Assembly: GCA_044352465.1 (NCBI GenBank) | Contig: JBILDU010000092.1 | Coordinates: 1-11,508, forward strand | DNA from: Bdellovibrionota bacterium | Lineage (GTDB): Bacteria > Bdellovibrionota_C > UBA2361 | Length of the DNA: 11,508 nt | Direction: 5' to 3' | Shown: piece after piece, positions 1-9,293 of the stretch | Layout: each line of letters starts with the position of its first letter | Position numbering within the stretch: position 1 is the stretch's first letter | Notes under the pieces: generated by a model | Databases searched by the model: none | The model's input: the letters and a program-made list of their open reading frames with translations, nothing else | Told to the model about the DNA's origin: nothing | Made by a program: the position numbers and the translations under genes

Positions 1-462
1 TGGCTCGTGGCTCGTCCCCATGTGGCTGAGGAAGCCCTTGTGCCGACCGATCGCGAGCTTCGTAGCGCCGCGCGTCAGGTCAGCGGACAGGTTGGTTTCA
101 TGCGTGAATCCACCGCGGCGGGGGTGACCTACGGGCTTCAAGCGGTCCTTCTCTCCGATACGCTCAACGGGTTGCGCCTTATGGTGACCAACGCTGGGAG
201 GGGCGGGGCTTCTCAATGGGGCGATGGGCTTGGCTTGGGCGATTCTGGGCCTGAGCGGATGTTGATGCGAGTCCTCGGCGCGCCCGGAATTTTGCCTTCG
301 TGCCGGGCCCGAGTCATGAGTCGCGTCCTCCGCGGCATCGCTCCCGGCTTTCGCCCCGGCGCAGAGGAGCGACTTCCGCCGGTGCTCGATCTCGGCCCTT
401 CGCCGATCCTTCGCGCGCAAAACGTGCGCTTGTTCCTCTCCCGCAACGACGAGGGGCGCTAG
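1..462 (+). CDS. Hypothetical protein, probably the 3' part of a gene starting before the window
   Basis: Frame 1 is open from base 1 to TAG at 460-462. A small hairpin CCCATC-CTCA-GATGGG (472-487) follows. No family recognised. The antisense frame is also open, so the strand is uncertain. Confidence 0.4.
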   Translation, partial: WLVARPHVAEEALVPTDRELRSAARQVSGQVGFMRESTAAGVTYGLQAVLLSDTLNGLRLMVTNAGRGGASQWGDGLGLGDSGPERMLMRVLGAPGILPSCRARVMSRVLRGIAPGFRPGAEERLPPVLDLGPSPILRAQNVRLFLSRNDEGR

Positions 463-822
463 TCCACATTACCCATCCTCAGATGGGCGCTCGTGCTTCG
501 ACCAGAAGGTTTCGGCTAAATTTTTTTCATTCTAGGAGGCCGATACCCGGCCTTGTCAAAGCGTCGCTCCGGTATCGGCGCGGCCAGGGTAGCCGTGCGG
601 GTGGACCGACTCCGCAACCTCTGGCAGGTGTCAAATCTCCCTGACCTAAATCGCCCCGAGGCGGTTCTCGGCACTCCGGAGACCTTCGGGATAAACGATT
701 TTCTCTTGAAGAAGGGGTGTGTCATGGATCAAAGAGCACACATTTCCCCGGGACATAATAACAGCTTTTAAAGCAGCCAGCGCTAGGTGTGTTGGTCAAA
801 TTCGTAAAGTTCGTGGAGGGGT

Positions 823-1827
823 ATGAAAAGTAGGTTTAGCAAAGGTTTCGATCAGCGTCTCTTCTCCCTTAGTCTCGCTTTCGTCGGAGTCGCGGTTGCG
901 CTCGGCTCCGGAGAAGCGTTCGCTCAATCAGGCGATTCCGCTGGTGTTTACTGTCACCAAGTCGGCAAGAAGAAGTCAGTTGCATTCTATAAGGGATTAA
1001 CGGAATGTCCCGCCCGCACGATCGCGATGTCTCCCGGCTTGTTGACGGGGGTGCGGGGAGAGCGAGGGGCTCCGGGGCTCCAGGGGCCCGCTGGACCCCG
1101 TGGAGAGGCTGGTGCGCGTGGCCCGCAGGGTGAAAGGGGTGCGCAGGGCCTCGCCGGGCTGCAAGGGCCCGCTGGGCCGCGCGGAGAGGCGGGGCCACAG
1201 GGTCTTCCAGGGTCGGTTGGTCCGAGTGGGCCTGCTGGAGGTGTCGGACCGCAGGGCCCTGCCGGGCCGGCGGGGCCAGCGGGGCCGGTGGGTCCTGCGG
1301 GAGCGATCGGGCCACGGGGGCTCCAGGGCGAGCCAGGACGACCTGGGCCCGGACTTGAGTCGGCTGGGCTGAATGTCGCGGGAACCTTGAATGAGTCGGG
1401 AGCGGCGGGAGTCGCAGGGTGCGGCGAGTTCGTTCTCCCTGAATTCTGCTTCACGGGGTCGGGCTGTCGACTCGTTGTTTCGCTCCACGATAAGCGCTCA
1501 ACCGGTGGTGATGAGCTACGCGGCGTCGTTGCTGATGTCTTTGGAGAGATTCAAGGTCTCTCGCAGGGGCGCAATCCCGGGCTGTTCGTTAACGTCTATA
1601 ATCCCCGTGGTACCGAGTTCAGTGGTAATCTTGGCAGCTCGGCCAAGGTAACGCTCCTCGACCTCTCTTTCGATGGAGTCTCCTCATTTAAGATGACGAA
1701 CTATAAGAGAAGGGAATGTCCGGGGATGACGAGCGACGGCCCCATTTTCGCGGGATTTGAGCGCTCCCGCGTGAGCCTGTGGGTGCGCGCAGGTTTCGAG
1801 GCTGTGGTGAGGTTTGTCGAGAATTAG
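823..1827 (+). CDS. Secreted collagen-like (Gly-X-Y triple-helix) protein, 334 aa
   Basis: GGAGG RBS just upstream of the ATG. Basic N-region plus hydrophobic stretch ending AFA|Q (Sec signal, predicted cleavage after residue 34). Short 2-Cys N-domain, 34 consecutive GXY triplets (residues 76-177), then a ~155-aa C-terminal domain with 4 Cys. Confidence 0.9.
   Translation: MKSRFSKGFDQRLFSLSLAFVGVAVALGSGEAFAQSGDSAGVYCHQVGKKKSVAFYKGLTECPARTIAMSPGLLTGVRGERGAPGLQGPAGPRGEAGARGPQGERGAQGLAGLQGPAGPRGEAGPQGLPGSVGPSGPAGGVGPQGPAGPAGPAGPVGPAGAIGPRGLQGEPGRPGPGLESAGLNVAGTLNESGAAGVAGCGEFVLPEFCFTGSGCRLVVSLHDKRSTGGDELRGVVADVFGEIQGLSQGRNPGLFVNVYNPRGTEFSGNLGSSAKVTLLDLSFDGVSSFKMTNYKRRECPGMTSDGPIFAGFERSRVSLWVRAGFEAVVRFVEN
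1048..1353 (+). repeat. Gly-X-Y collagen repeat region (34 triplets)
   Basis: [21 protein letters not shown] ... GEP GRP GPG, with Gly at every third residue and no interruption. Confidence 0.95.
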
Positions 1828-1898
1828 CCTCTCCGTAGGATAGGGTTCGACCGTGACTTCGGTGAACACCACTTTCCGGTCGGAGTGCTCGTCAGTGC

Positions 1899-1936
1899 AA
1901 AAAAAGAAGGGAGGCTCTTTCGAGCCTCCCTTCTTT
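1899..1936 (-). terminator. Rho-independent terminator of groEL, possibly bidirectional
   Basis: Perfect 15-bp inverted repeat AAAGAAGGGAGGCTC (1903-1917) / GAGCCTCCCTTCTTT (1922-1936). On the minus strand it has a GAAA tetraloop and ends in a 7-U run. It lies 27 nt past the groEL stop, between convergent genes. Confidence 0.92.
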
Positions 1937-1963
1937 CGGTTTGAGCTACCGATGTAACTTGAA

Positions 1964-3613
<1,650 letters not shown>

Positions 3614-3647
3614 TGTGTTTATTCCTTTGAATAAAGGTTAAATTTGA

Positions 3648-3947
3648 TTACTCAAGAACGCCAAGGACGTCGTCTTCGCGCATGATGAGGTACTCGTCCC
3701 CGTCGATCTTGATCTCGGTTCCAGAGTACTTGCCGAACAAAATGCGGTCGCCTTTCTTCAGGTCGAGCGGTTGGAGGGTTCCGTCATCACGGACCTTGCC
3801 CTTGCCAACGGCGATGACTTTGCCCTGTTGGGGTTTCTCTTTGGCGTTGTCGGGGATGAAGAGGCCGGAGGCGGTCTTCTCTTCGCCCTCGAGGCGCTCA
3901 ACGATCAACCGATCTTGCAGCGGACGGATTTTTTTTGACTCACTCAT
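3648..3947 (-). CDS. groES: Co-chaperonin GroES (Cpn10)
   Basis: [10 protein letters not shown], mobile loop [27 protein letters not shown]. Directly upstream of groEL. GGGAG RBS at 3959-3963. Confidence 0.99.
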   Translation of the reverse strand: MSESKKIRPLQDRLIVERLEGEEKTASGLFIPDNAKEKPQQGKVIAVGKGKVRDDGTLQPLDLKKGDRILFGKYSGTEIKIDGDEYLIMREDDVLGVLE

Positions 3948-4259
3948 AGTCTAGTTGTCTCCCTGTTAAAGGATTTTGGTTAAAAAAACTTTCCTCCGGG
4001 GAACCGAACTCAACCGTTTGACCCCGTTTGCAACGCGCCATCCTAGCGAAACGACTACGGGTAATAAATGCTTTGGCGCATTTTATTTAACCCCGAAGCT
4101 TTGTTCGGCGAGCTTGTTTAACTATGCGAAAACGCACAGGTAATAGCTGGCTGAACGGACGTTGCGGAGCTCGTTGAGCGCACCGCCTAAGGAAACCTCA
4201 TCGTCGGGGGGCGTGAGAGTTTTTCACTGCTGACCCCGGTGCCCAGAAGAGCACTCGAG

Positions 4260-4296
4260 AGATGCGCACGGCTCGCCCCGTTTTCAAGGGGGGAGT
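4260..4296 (-). promoter_or_regulatory. Putative sigma32 (RpoH) heat-shock promoter of groESL
   Basis: Minus strand reads CTCCCCCCTTGAA-15 nt-GCGCATCT, versus the consensus TCTCNCCCTTGAA-N13-17-CCCCATNT. The -35 match is strong and the -10 match partial. It points toward groES. Confidence 0.6.
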
Positions 4297-4727
4297 GTGA
4301 AAAATATTTGGGGCTTGGTGAGGTGGTGGCCCGGTGCCTTTGATTGTAGAGACTCTCCTTGCCCCGAGAGGGAGAGTGATGACCGACGGTTCGGACGGCC
4401 AAAAACCTTTTTTTATCGGGTACTTTCATCTAATATCCCGACCAGTAAGTTTTTTACCTGGCCGAGCTTTCTCGGGCAAAATACGAGCGCGGCCAAGATG
4501 GCTACACAGATACCGGGGCGAAGGTTCGGTATTCTGAAGCGTAGCGTAGAAGCGGGTCAGCTTCGGACTTTTCGAAGCTGGGCGCGCGTTCGCCGTAGGG
4601 CAGGAGCCCGCGAAGGCGAAAGACACGAAGAGGCCGCGATTACTCCGTCCACGTCTGGCTTTTAGGCGAATAAACTTTTTGGACGGGGCACGAGAAAATC
4701 GGGGCAGTTTTTACCTTGAGGCACCGT

Positions 4728-5927
4728 ATGTTTAACGCCGCATCCAACGAATCCTCCCGCAGATTTGATCCAGCTGCTCTGGCTGAGATCGATACGGTGG
4801 TTGGGGGGGCGATAGAGGAGGAGGTTTTTCCGGGCGCGGTGCTTCTCGTGGGCGAGAGGGGCGAGGTGCTCTTAGAGCGCGCCTACGGTCAAAAGGTGTA
4901 CAAGGATTCCAAATTCGCCGCTCAGATCGAGACCGCCCTTCCGATGCGAGGTGACACGGTGTTCGACATCGCCGGGCTCACGAATGTGCTCGTGACATCA
5001 ACGCTTCTCATGAAGCTGGTTGAGTTCCGGCAGGTCAAGCTTGATGACTACGTTTCCCGTTACATTCAAGGATTCGGGGTGCTCGGCAAAGCCCCGATAA
5101 CCCTGGCGCATCTTTTGGCGCATGCCTCCGGGCTGACGCCATGGACCCCGTTCTACGAAGATCTTGTGCGTGAGAACGCTGGTGAGCGGATGGGAATCCT
5201 CGCGAGCAAAGGGGCGCGTGATTATATTTTTAATGCGATCAATCGCTCCGGTCTTAAGTACGCTCCGGGGACGCGGCAGGTATACAGCGATATCGGGTTT
5301 ATGGTGCTTGGCCACGTTATCGAGGAGCTCACGGGGCTGAGTCTCGACAAGGCCGCCCAGCGTTACATTTTTCACCCCCTCGGACTGAAGAGTACGAGCT
5401 ACATCGATCTTTCGATGATACGTCGACGGGGCATCGCTCCGGTGACCGATCTCATCGCTCCGACGGAGGAGTGCCCCTGGCGCAAGCGTACCCTCTGTGG
5501 CGAAGTGAGCGACGACAACGCTTGGGCGATGGGTGGGATAGCAGGGCACAGCGGTGTGTTTTCGACCGCGCGGGATCTACATCGATTCGCCTCGGAGATG
5601 ATTGCGGCCTCCCGGGGAGAGAGTAGCTTTCTGAAGCGAGAGACCGTACTCGCCTTTTGGGGGGGGCTGGCTGAGCCGCTCGATGGCAGTTGGAAGTTCG
5701 GCTGGGATTCGCCGAGTAAAGAAAATATGCTTCTCGAATCGGGCTTGTCCGCGCGGGCTGTCGGCGAGTGCGGATTCACCGGATGCTCGCTTTGGATCGA
5801 GCCAGAACGGATGGTTGATATCGTTGTGATGACCAATCGTGTTCACCCGAGTCGCTCAAATAAGAAGATCCGCTCTTTTCGCCCGACCCTCCACCAAGCT
5901 GTGCTCAAAGCGCTCGGCGGATTGTAG
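4728..5927 (+). CDS. Beta-lactamase-family (class C-like/AmiE-like) serine hydrolase homolog with a degenerate active site
   Basis: Family motifs FPGAVLLV, TVFDIA, ITLAHLLAHASGL, YSDIGF, DDNAWAMGGIAGHSGVFSTARDL, GFTGCSLWIEP, MTNRVHP. ATG 4728 follows GAGG and is preferred over TTG 4716. SxxK reads GLTN. Confidence 0.9.
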   Translation: MFNAASNESSRRFDPAALAEIDTVVGGAIEEEVFPGAVLLVGERGEVLLERAYGQKVYKDSKFAAQIETALPMRGDTVFDIAGLTNVLVTSTLLMKLVEFRQVKLDDYVSRYIQGFGVLGKAPITLAHLLAHASGLTPWTPFYEDLVRENAGERMGILASKGARDYIFNAINRSGLKYAPGTRQVYSDIGFMVLGHVIEELTGLSLDKAAQRYIFHPLGLKSTSYIDLSMIRRRGIAPVTDLIAPTEECPWRKRTLCGEVSDDNAWAMGGIAGHSGVFSTARDLHRFASEMIAASRGESSFLKRETVLAFWGGLAEPLDGSWKFGWDSPSKENMLLESGLSARAVGECGFTGCSLWIEPERMVDIVVMTNRVHPSRSNKKIRSFRPTLHQAVLKALGGL

Positions 5928-6012
5928 CGAAAACTCAGGGAGAGTGTGCGCTCGGCGTGACTCTCGGCGTGTACTCTTTCCTCTGAATCATGGAGTGAAT
6001 AACGGGAACGAT

Positions 6013-7095
6013 ATGTGGGACAAATTAGCGGCGGTTGAGGCGCGATACGAGGAAATCGGAGCGCAGCTCTCCTCTCCTGAGGTGATCAAAAATCGGGAGT
6101 TGTTTCAAAAGCTCTCAAAGGAACATAAGGATCTTACCGAGATCGTGGCGACGTTTCGCGCCTTCAAAAAGGCTCAAGAGGAGCTCGACGGGAGTCGTAG
6201 CCTTGCCAATGGGCCGGACAAAGAACTCGCTGAGATCGCGGCTGAAGAGGCGAAGTTACTCGAGGCGGAGATCCGGGGGCTTGAGGAGCGTCTCAAGGTC
6301 TTGTTGATTCCGAAGGATCCGAACGATGATAAAAACGTCATCCTCGAGATCCGCGCCGGTGCGGGGGGTGATGAGGCGGGCATCTTCGCCGGGGAGCTCT
6401 TTCGCATGTATACCCGTTACGCTGAAGGGCTCGGCTGGCGGGTGGAGATCCTGGGCGTCAGCGATGCCGCCGCGGGAGGATTTAAAGAGGTCATCGCGAT
6501 GGTGACGGGGAGGGGGGCTTTTAGCCGCCTGAAATTCGAGCGTGGAGTGCATCGGGTGCAGCGTGTGCCGGCAACCGAGGCTGCCGGACGGATTCATACG
6601 TCGACTGTAACGGTTGCGGTACTACCCGAAGCTGAGGACGTCGAGGTCGAGATTCATGAAAAAGATCTGCGTATCGACGTGTATCGGGCCGGTGGTCCGG
6701 GGGGACAGAGTGTGAATACGACGGACTCTGCGGTGCGGATAACTCACCTCCCGACCGGTGTTGTTGTGGCCATGCAGGATGAAAAATCACAGATAAAGAA
6801 CCGCGAAAAGGCCTTACGGGTTCTCAAAGCGCGGCTTCTTGAGAAGAAAGAGATGGAGCAGGAAGCGGCCCGACGGGCGGAGCGTCGCGGCCAGATCGGC
6901 GCGGGTGATCGAAGCGAGAAGATTCGAACGTACAACTTTCCGCAATCACGGGTGACCGATCACCGCATCGGACTATCCCTCCATTCGCTTGATGCAATTA
7001 TCAATGGGGATCTCGATCCTTTGATTGAGCCGATCATCTCGCATTACCAGAGCGAGGCGTTGCAAGGTGAAGGGGCCAACGCCCACGAGCAATGA
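6013..7095 (+). CDS. prfA: Peptide chain release factor 1
   Basis: LEIRAGAGGDEA, GVHRVQRVPATE (PxT specificity motif of RF1), GPGGQSVN (GGQ), GDRSEKIRTYNFPQSRVTDHRI. ATG 6013 gives the typical 360 aa. Confidence 0.98.
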   Translation: MWDKLAAVEARYEEIGAQLSSPEVIKNRELFQKLSKEHKDLTEIVATFRAFKKAQEELDGSRSLANGPDKELAEIAAEEAKLLEAEIRGLEERLKVLLIPKDPNDDKNVILEIRAGAGGDEAGIFAGELFRMYTRYAEGLGWRVEILGVSDAAAGGFKEVIAMVTGRGAFSRLKFERGVHRVQRVPATEAAGRIHTSTVTVAVLPEAEDVEVEIHEKDLRIDVYRAGGPGGQSVNTTDSAVRITHLPTGVVVAMQDEKSQIKNREKALRVLKARLLEKKEMEQEAARRAERRGQIGAGDRSEKIRTYNFPQSRVTDHRIGLSLHSLDAIINGDLDPLIEPIISHYQSEALQGEGANAHEQ

Positions 7096-7955
7096 GCACG
7101 GTTCGCGAACTTCTCAGCGCCGGGATAACGGAACTCAACGAGACTTCGGCGACGCCCCGTCTCGATGCTGAGCTGCTGTTGTCGTTTGTGACCGGTCTGC
7201 AGCGCATCCGTTTTGTCGCGGATCCGGAGTTGGTAGTCGAGCCGACGATCGAGTCGCGCTACCGGGAACTGCTGGGGCGGCGGCGTCAATATGAGCCGAT
7301 CGCTTATATCCTTGGGGTGAAGGAGTTCTTCGGCCTGGATTTCGAAGTATCTCCCGCTGTTCTCGTGCCTCGACCTGAAACTGAGATACTCGTCGAGACG
7401 GCGATAAAGAGCGTTATCGCCGATACCGTGCGATTTCTTGATCTGGGGACGGGGAGTGGTTGTGTGGCGGTCGCGTTGGCTCACGCTCTTCACAAAGAGG
7501 GGCGCACCGTTCAAGGGGTTGCGGTCGACGCGAGCACCGAGGCACTGCGGGTAGCTGAGCGTAACATTGCACGTCACGGTCTCACCGAAAGGATTGAGCT
7601 TCGCTGCAGCGATTGGTTTTCGGCGATTCAGGAGCGAGAGCGATTCGATCTTATCGTGTCAAACCCGCCGTATATCGCGCCGGGAGATACGGCGATTTCA
7701 CCGGAACTTCATCACGAGCCCCCGTCGGCGCTGTATGCTGAAGAAGGGGGGCTGCGGGATCTTCGGCTCATCCTGCGCCGTGGCCAGGATTTTCTCTCAC
7801 CGGGCGGGGTGATCGTCTGTGAGTTCGGTTCGAATCAGCGGGATGCCTTGGGGGCGCTCGCCGAAGGGTTGGATTTTTTTACCGATCTCGCGGGTTTCGA
7901 CCGCGTGGTGCGGCTGCGGGGCTCGTATCCCGCCCACTCAACCTCTGGCAGGTGA
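7092..7955 (+). CDS. prmC: Release factor glutamine N5-methyltransferase PrmC (HemK)
   Basis: EPIAYILG, VLVPRPETE, SAM-binding LDLGTGSG, SNPPY. ATGA overlap with prfA. Confidence 0.97.
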   Translation: MSTVRELLSAGITELNETSATPRLDAELLLSFVTGLQRIRFVADPELVVEPTIESRYRELLGRRRQYEPIAYILGVKEFFGLDFEVSPAVLVPRPETEILVETAIKSVIADTVRFLDLGTGSGCVAVALAHALHKEGRTVQGVAVDASTEALRVAERNIARHGLTERIELRCSDWFSAIQERERFDLIVSNPPYIAPGDTAISPELHHEPPSALYAEEGGLRDLRLILRRGQDFLSPGGVIVCEFGSNQRDALGALAEGLDFFTDLAGFDRVVRLRGSYPAHSTSGR

Positions 7956-8025
7956 AAAAAACTTACTGGACGGGATTCGAGTAGGCGTGTCGTTGCGCTT
8001 GTAGATCTGGGGCGTTGGCGAGAAC

Positions 8026-8108
8026 AGGTGAGGCGTTTTGCATGGAACCCTAGGTGCCCGTGCAAAACGCCTCATTTCGAGGGAAGTGGCCATCCGTGGC
8101 CATTTTCC
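8026..8108. terminator. Two tandem hairpins between convergent genes (terminator-like or REP-like)
   Basis: Perfect 14-bp inverted repeat TGAGGCGTTTTGCA (8029-8042) / TGCAAAACGCCTCA (8061-8074). Second stem GGGAAGTGGCCA-TCCG-TGGCCATTTTCC (8081-8108). No long U tract. Confidence 0.55.
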
Positions 8109-8153
8109 GACTCTATTTCACAGCTCGCGAAGCGAACTTCATCAAATCACAGG

Positions 8154-9023
8154 TTAGCGAACCGAGTTCCGATTCGCGGTGATAACGTTCGACGAGTTCT
8201 TGACGTTACGACCATTTGCCTTTCGTGCAATGACGAGTTGTTTCCGCAGGGCGAGCAACGCCTGGCGATCTCCCGGATACCGTCGCTTTACCCCGTCTTG
8301 AGCCTCGTTGAAGATCTGACGGATGACGACGCGGAGGTCGAATATCCGGCGTGAAGCCGCGAGTTTGGTCTTTTCAAGCTCCGCTTCGAGCAGTCTGATC
8401 TGGTTTCGAAGGGCTTCGTTCTGGGTATTAACGCCGGTTACTTGACCTTCGAGGGTTGACTTCTGAGCGCGGCACTGACGCAGTTCCTCTTGGAGAGCCC
8501 CGATTCCGCTGCTCAGTTGGCCGATATCGAATCCCACCACTGAGATCGCCTGGGTCCACTCTCCGAAGGCGGCTTCTTCAGGGTACGGGTAGCATCCGGC
8601 TGAGGGAGCATCCCCGTCGACGAGGGCGAGAAATCCACCTTCCTGGGCTCCGTAGCCGATATTAAGTGCGCCGCTTGGTGTGTATCCGGCGGCGAGAACA
8701 GCTGTTACTTCAGCCGTGATGGTGAGGTCAGTGGCGTTCAGGTCGTAGCGGTTTACCTGGAGTAGGGCGGTACGTTCACTGACCGGCCCATCTCGGGTAA
8801 TCGTTGCGCGGTGGGTCTCGGTTTCGCCTGAAACTGGGGAGACCTGACTGAGAATAAGCTCCGATGAGGTTGTGCCCGGTTTCATTTTAAGTTCGACGGT
8901 CGGGAGCTTAATGCTCCAGAAGCCATCACTTCCCATCATCGGGGGGGGGCACTCTTGTGCAAACGCCCCTGGGGCGAGGCTTAGAGAGGCGCTAAGAATG
9001 AGAGCAGAAGCTAGTAATCGCAT
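8154..9023 (-). CDS. Secreted hypothetical protein with a coiled coil and a basic C-terminus, 289 aa
   Basis: Signal peptide MRLLASALILSASLSLAPGAFA|Q, a beta-rich-looking N-domain, continuous heptads over residues ~167-219, and an Arg/Lys-rich tail. Confidence 0.85.
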   Translation of the reverse strand: MRLLASALILSASLSLAPGAFAQECPPPMMGSDGFWSIKLPTVELKMKPGTTSSELILSQVSPVSGETETHRATITRDGPVSERTALLQVNRYDLNATDLTITAEVTAVLAAGYTPSGALNIGYGAQEGGFLALVDGDAPSAGCYPYPEEAAFGEWTQAISVVGFDIGQLSSGIGALQEELRQCRAQKSTLEGQVTGVNTQNEALRNQIRLLEAELEKTKLAASRRIFDLRVVIRQIFNEAQDGVKRRYPGDRQALLALRKQLVIARKANGRNVKNSSNVITANRNSVR

Positions 9024-9293
9024 CGTAAGACCTTTAAAAAATCGTCGGCCAAAAGCCCCTTAAGCGGAGCACCGAACGGTTGGTGAAGGTTATACCAAGC
9101 TCGGGGAACGAAGATGCCGTTTCGGGGCGACGACTATTCCTCAAAAATCATTTAGTTTTCTGAGAGGTCGCGTGTTTTTATTTCGCGCGCCGTAGGCTCT
9201 TCCGATAAAATTGAGTGTTTTCCTCCCTTTGCCTCGACCGCTGTCTTTGGGTTAAAAGAGGAGGCAATAACATCCTTCCCAATAGGTAGCTCT

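Noticed and set aside
553..771. 72-aa ORF or riboswitch upstream of the collagen gene
   Set aside because: No RBS or recognisable domain, and no known riboswitch consensus could be matched by eye.
1048..1137. GxxGER hexamers resembling integrin-binding collagen motifs
   Set aside because: GER is a common stabilising triplet, and nothing here indicates an animal host.
869..1488. Alternative-frame and antisense ORFs over the collagen gene, including a GPAGP-rich minus-strand ORF
   Set aside because: By-products of GC-rich Gly/Pro/Ala codons. Only the 823 frame has an RBS, a signal peptide and a continuous GXY register.
4221..4256. Possible CIRCE (HrcA) operator upstream of groES
   Set aside because: Only a half-site-like AGCACTC and a degenerate pair with 7-nt spacing. 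It does not fit TTAGCACTC-N9-GAGTGCTAA.
4297..4665. 122-aa ORF in the groES-hydrolase intergenic region
   Set aside because: Crosses promoter-like poly-T tracts, has atypical composition, and has no recognisable domain.
5839..6012. 58-aa N-terminal extension of PrfA in the ORF track
   Set aside because: It overlaps the upstream gene, and RF1-like sequence begins at ATG 6013.
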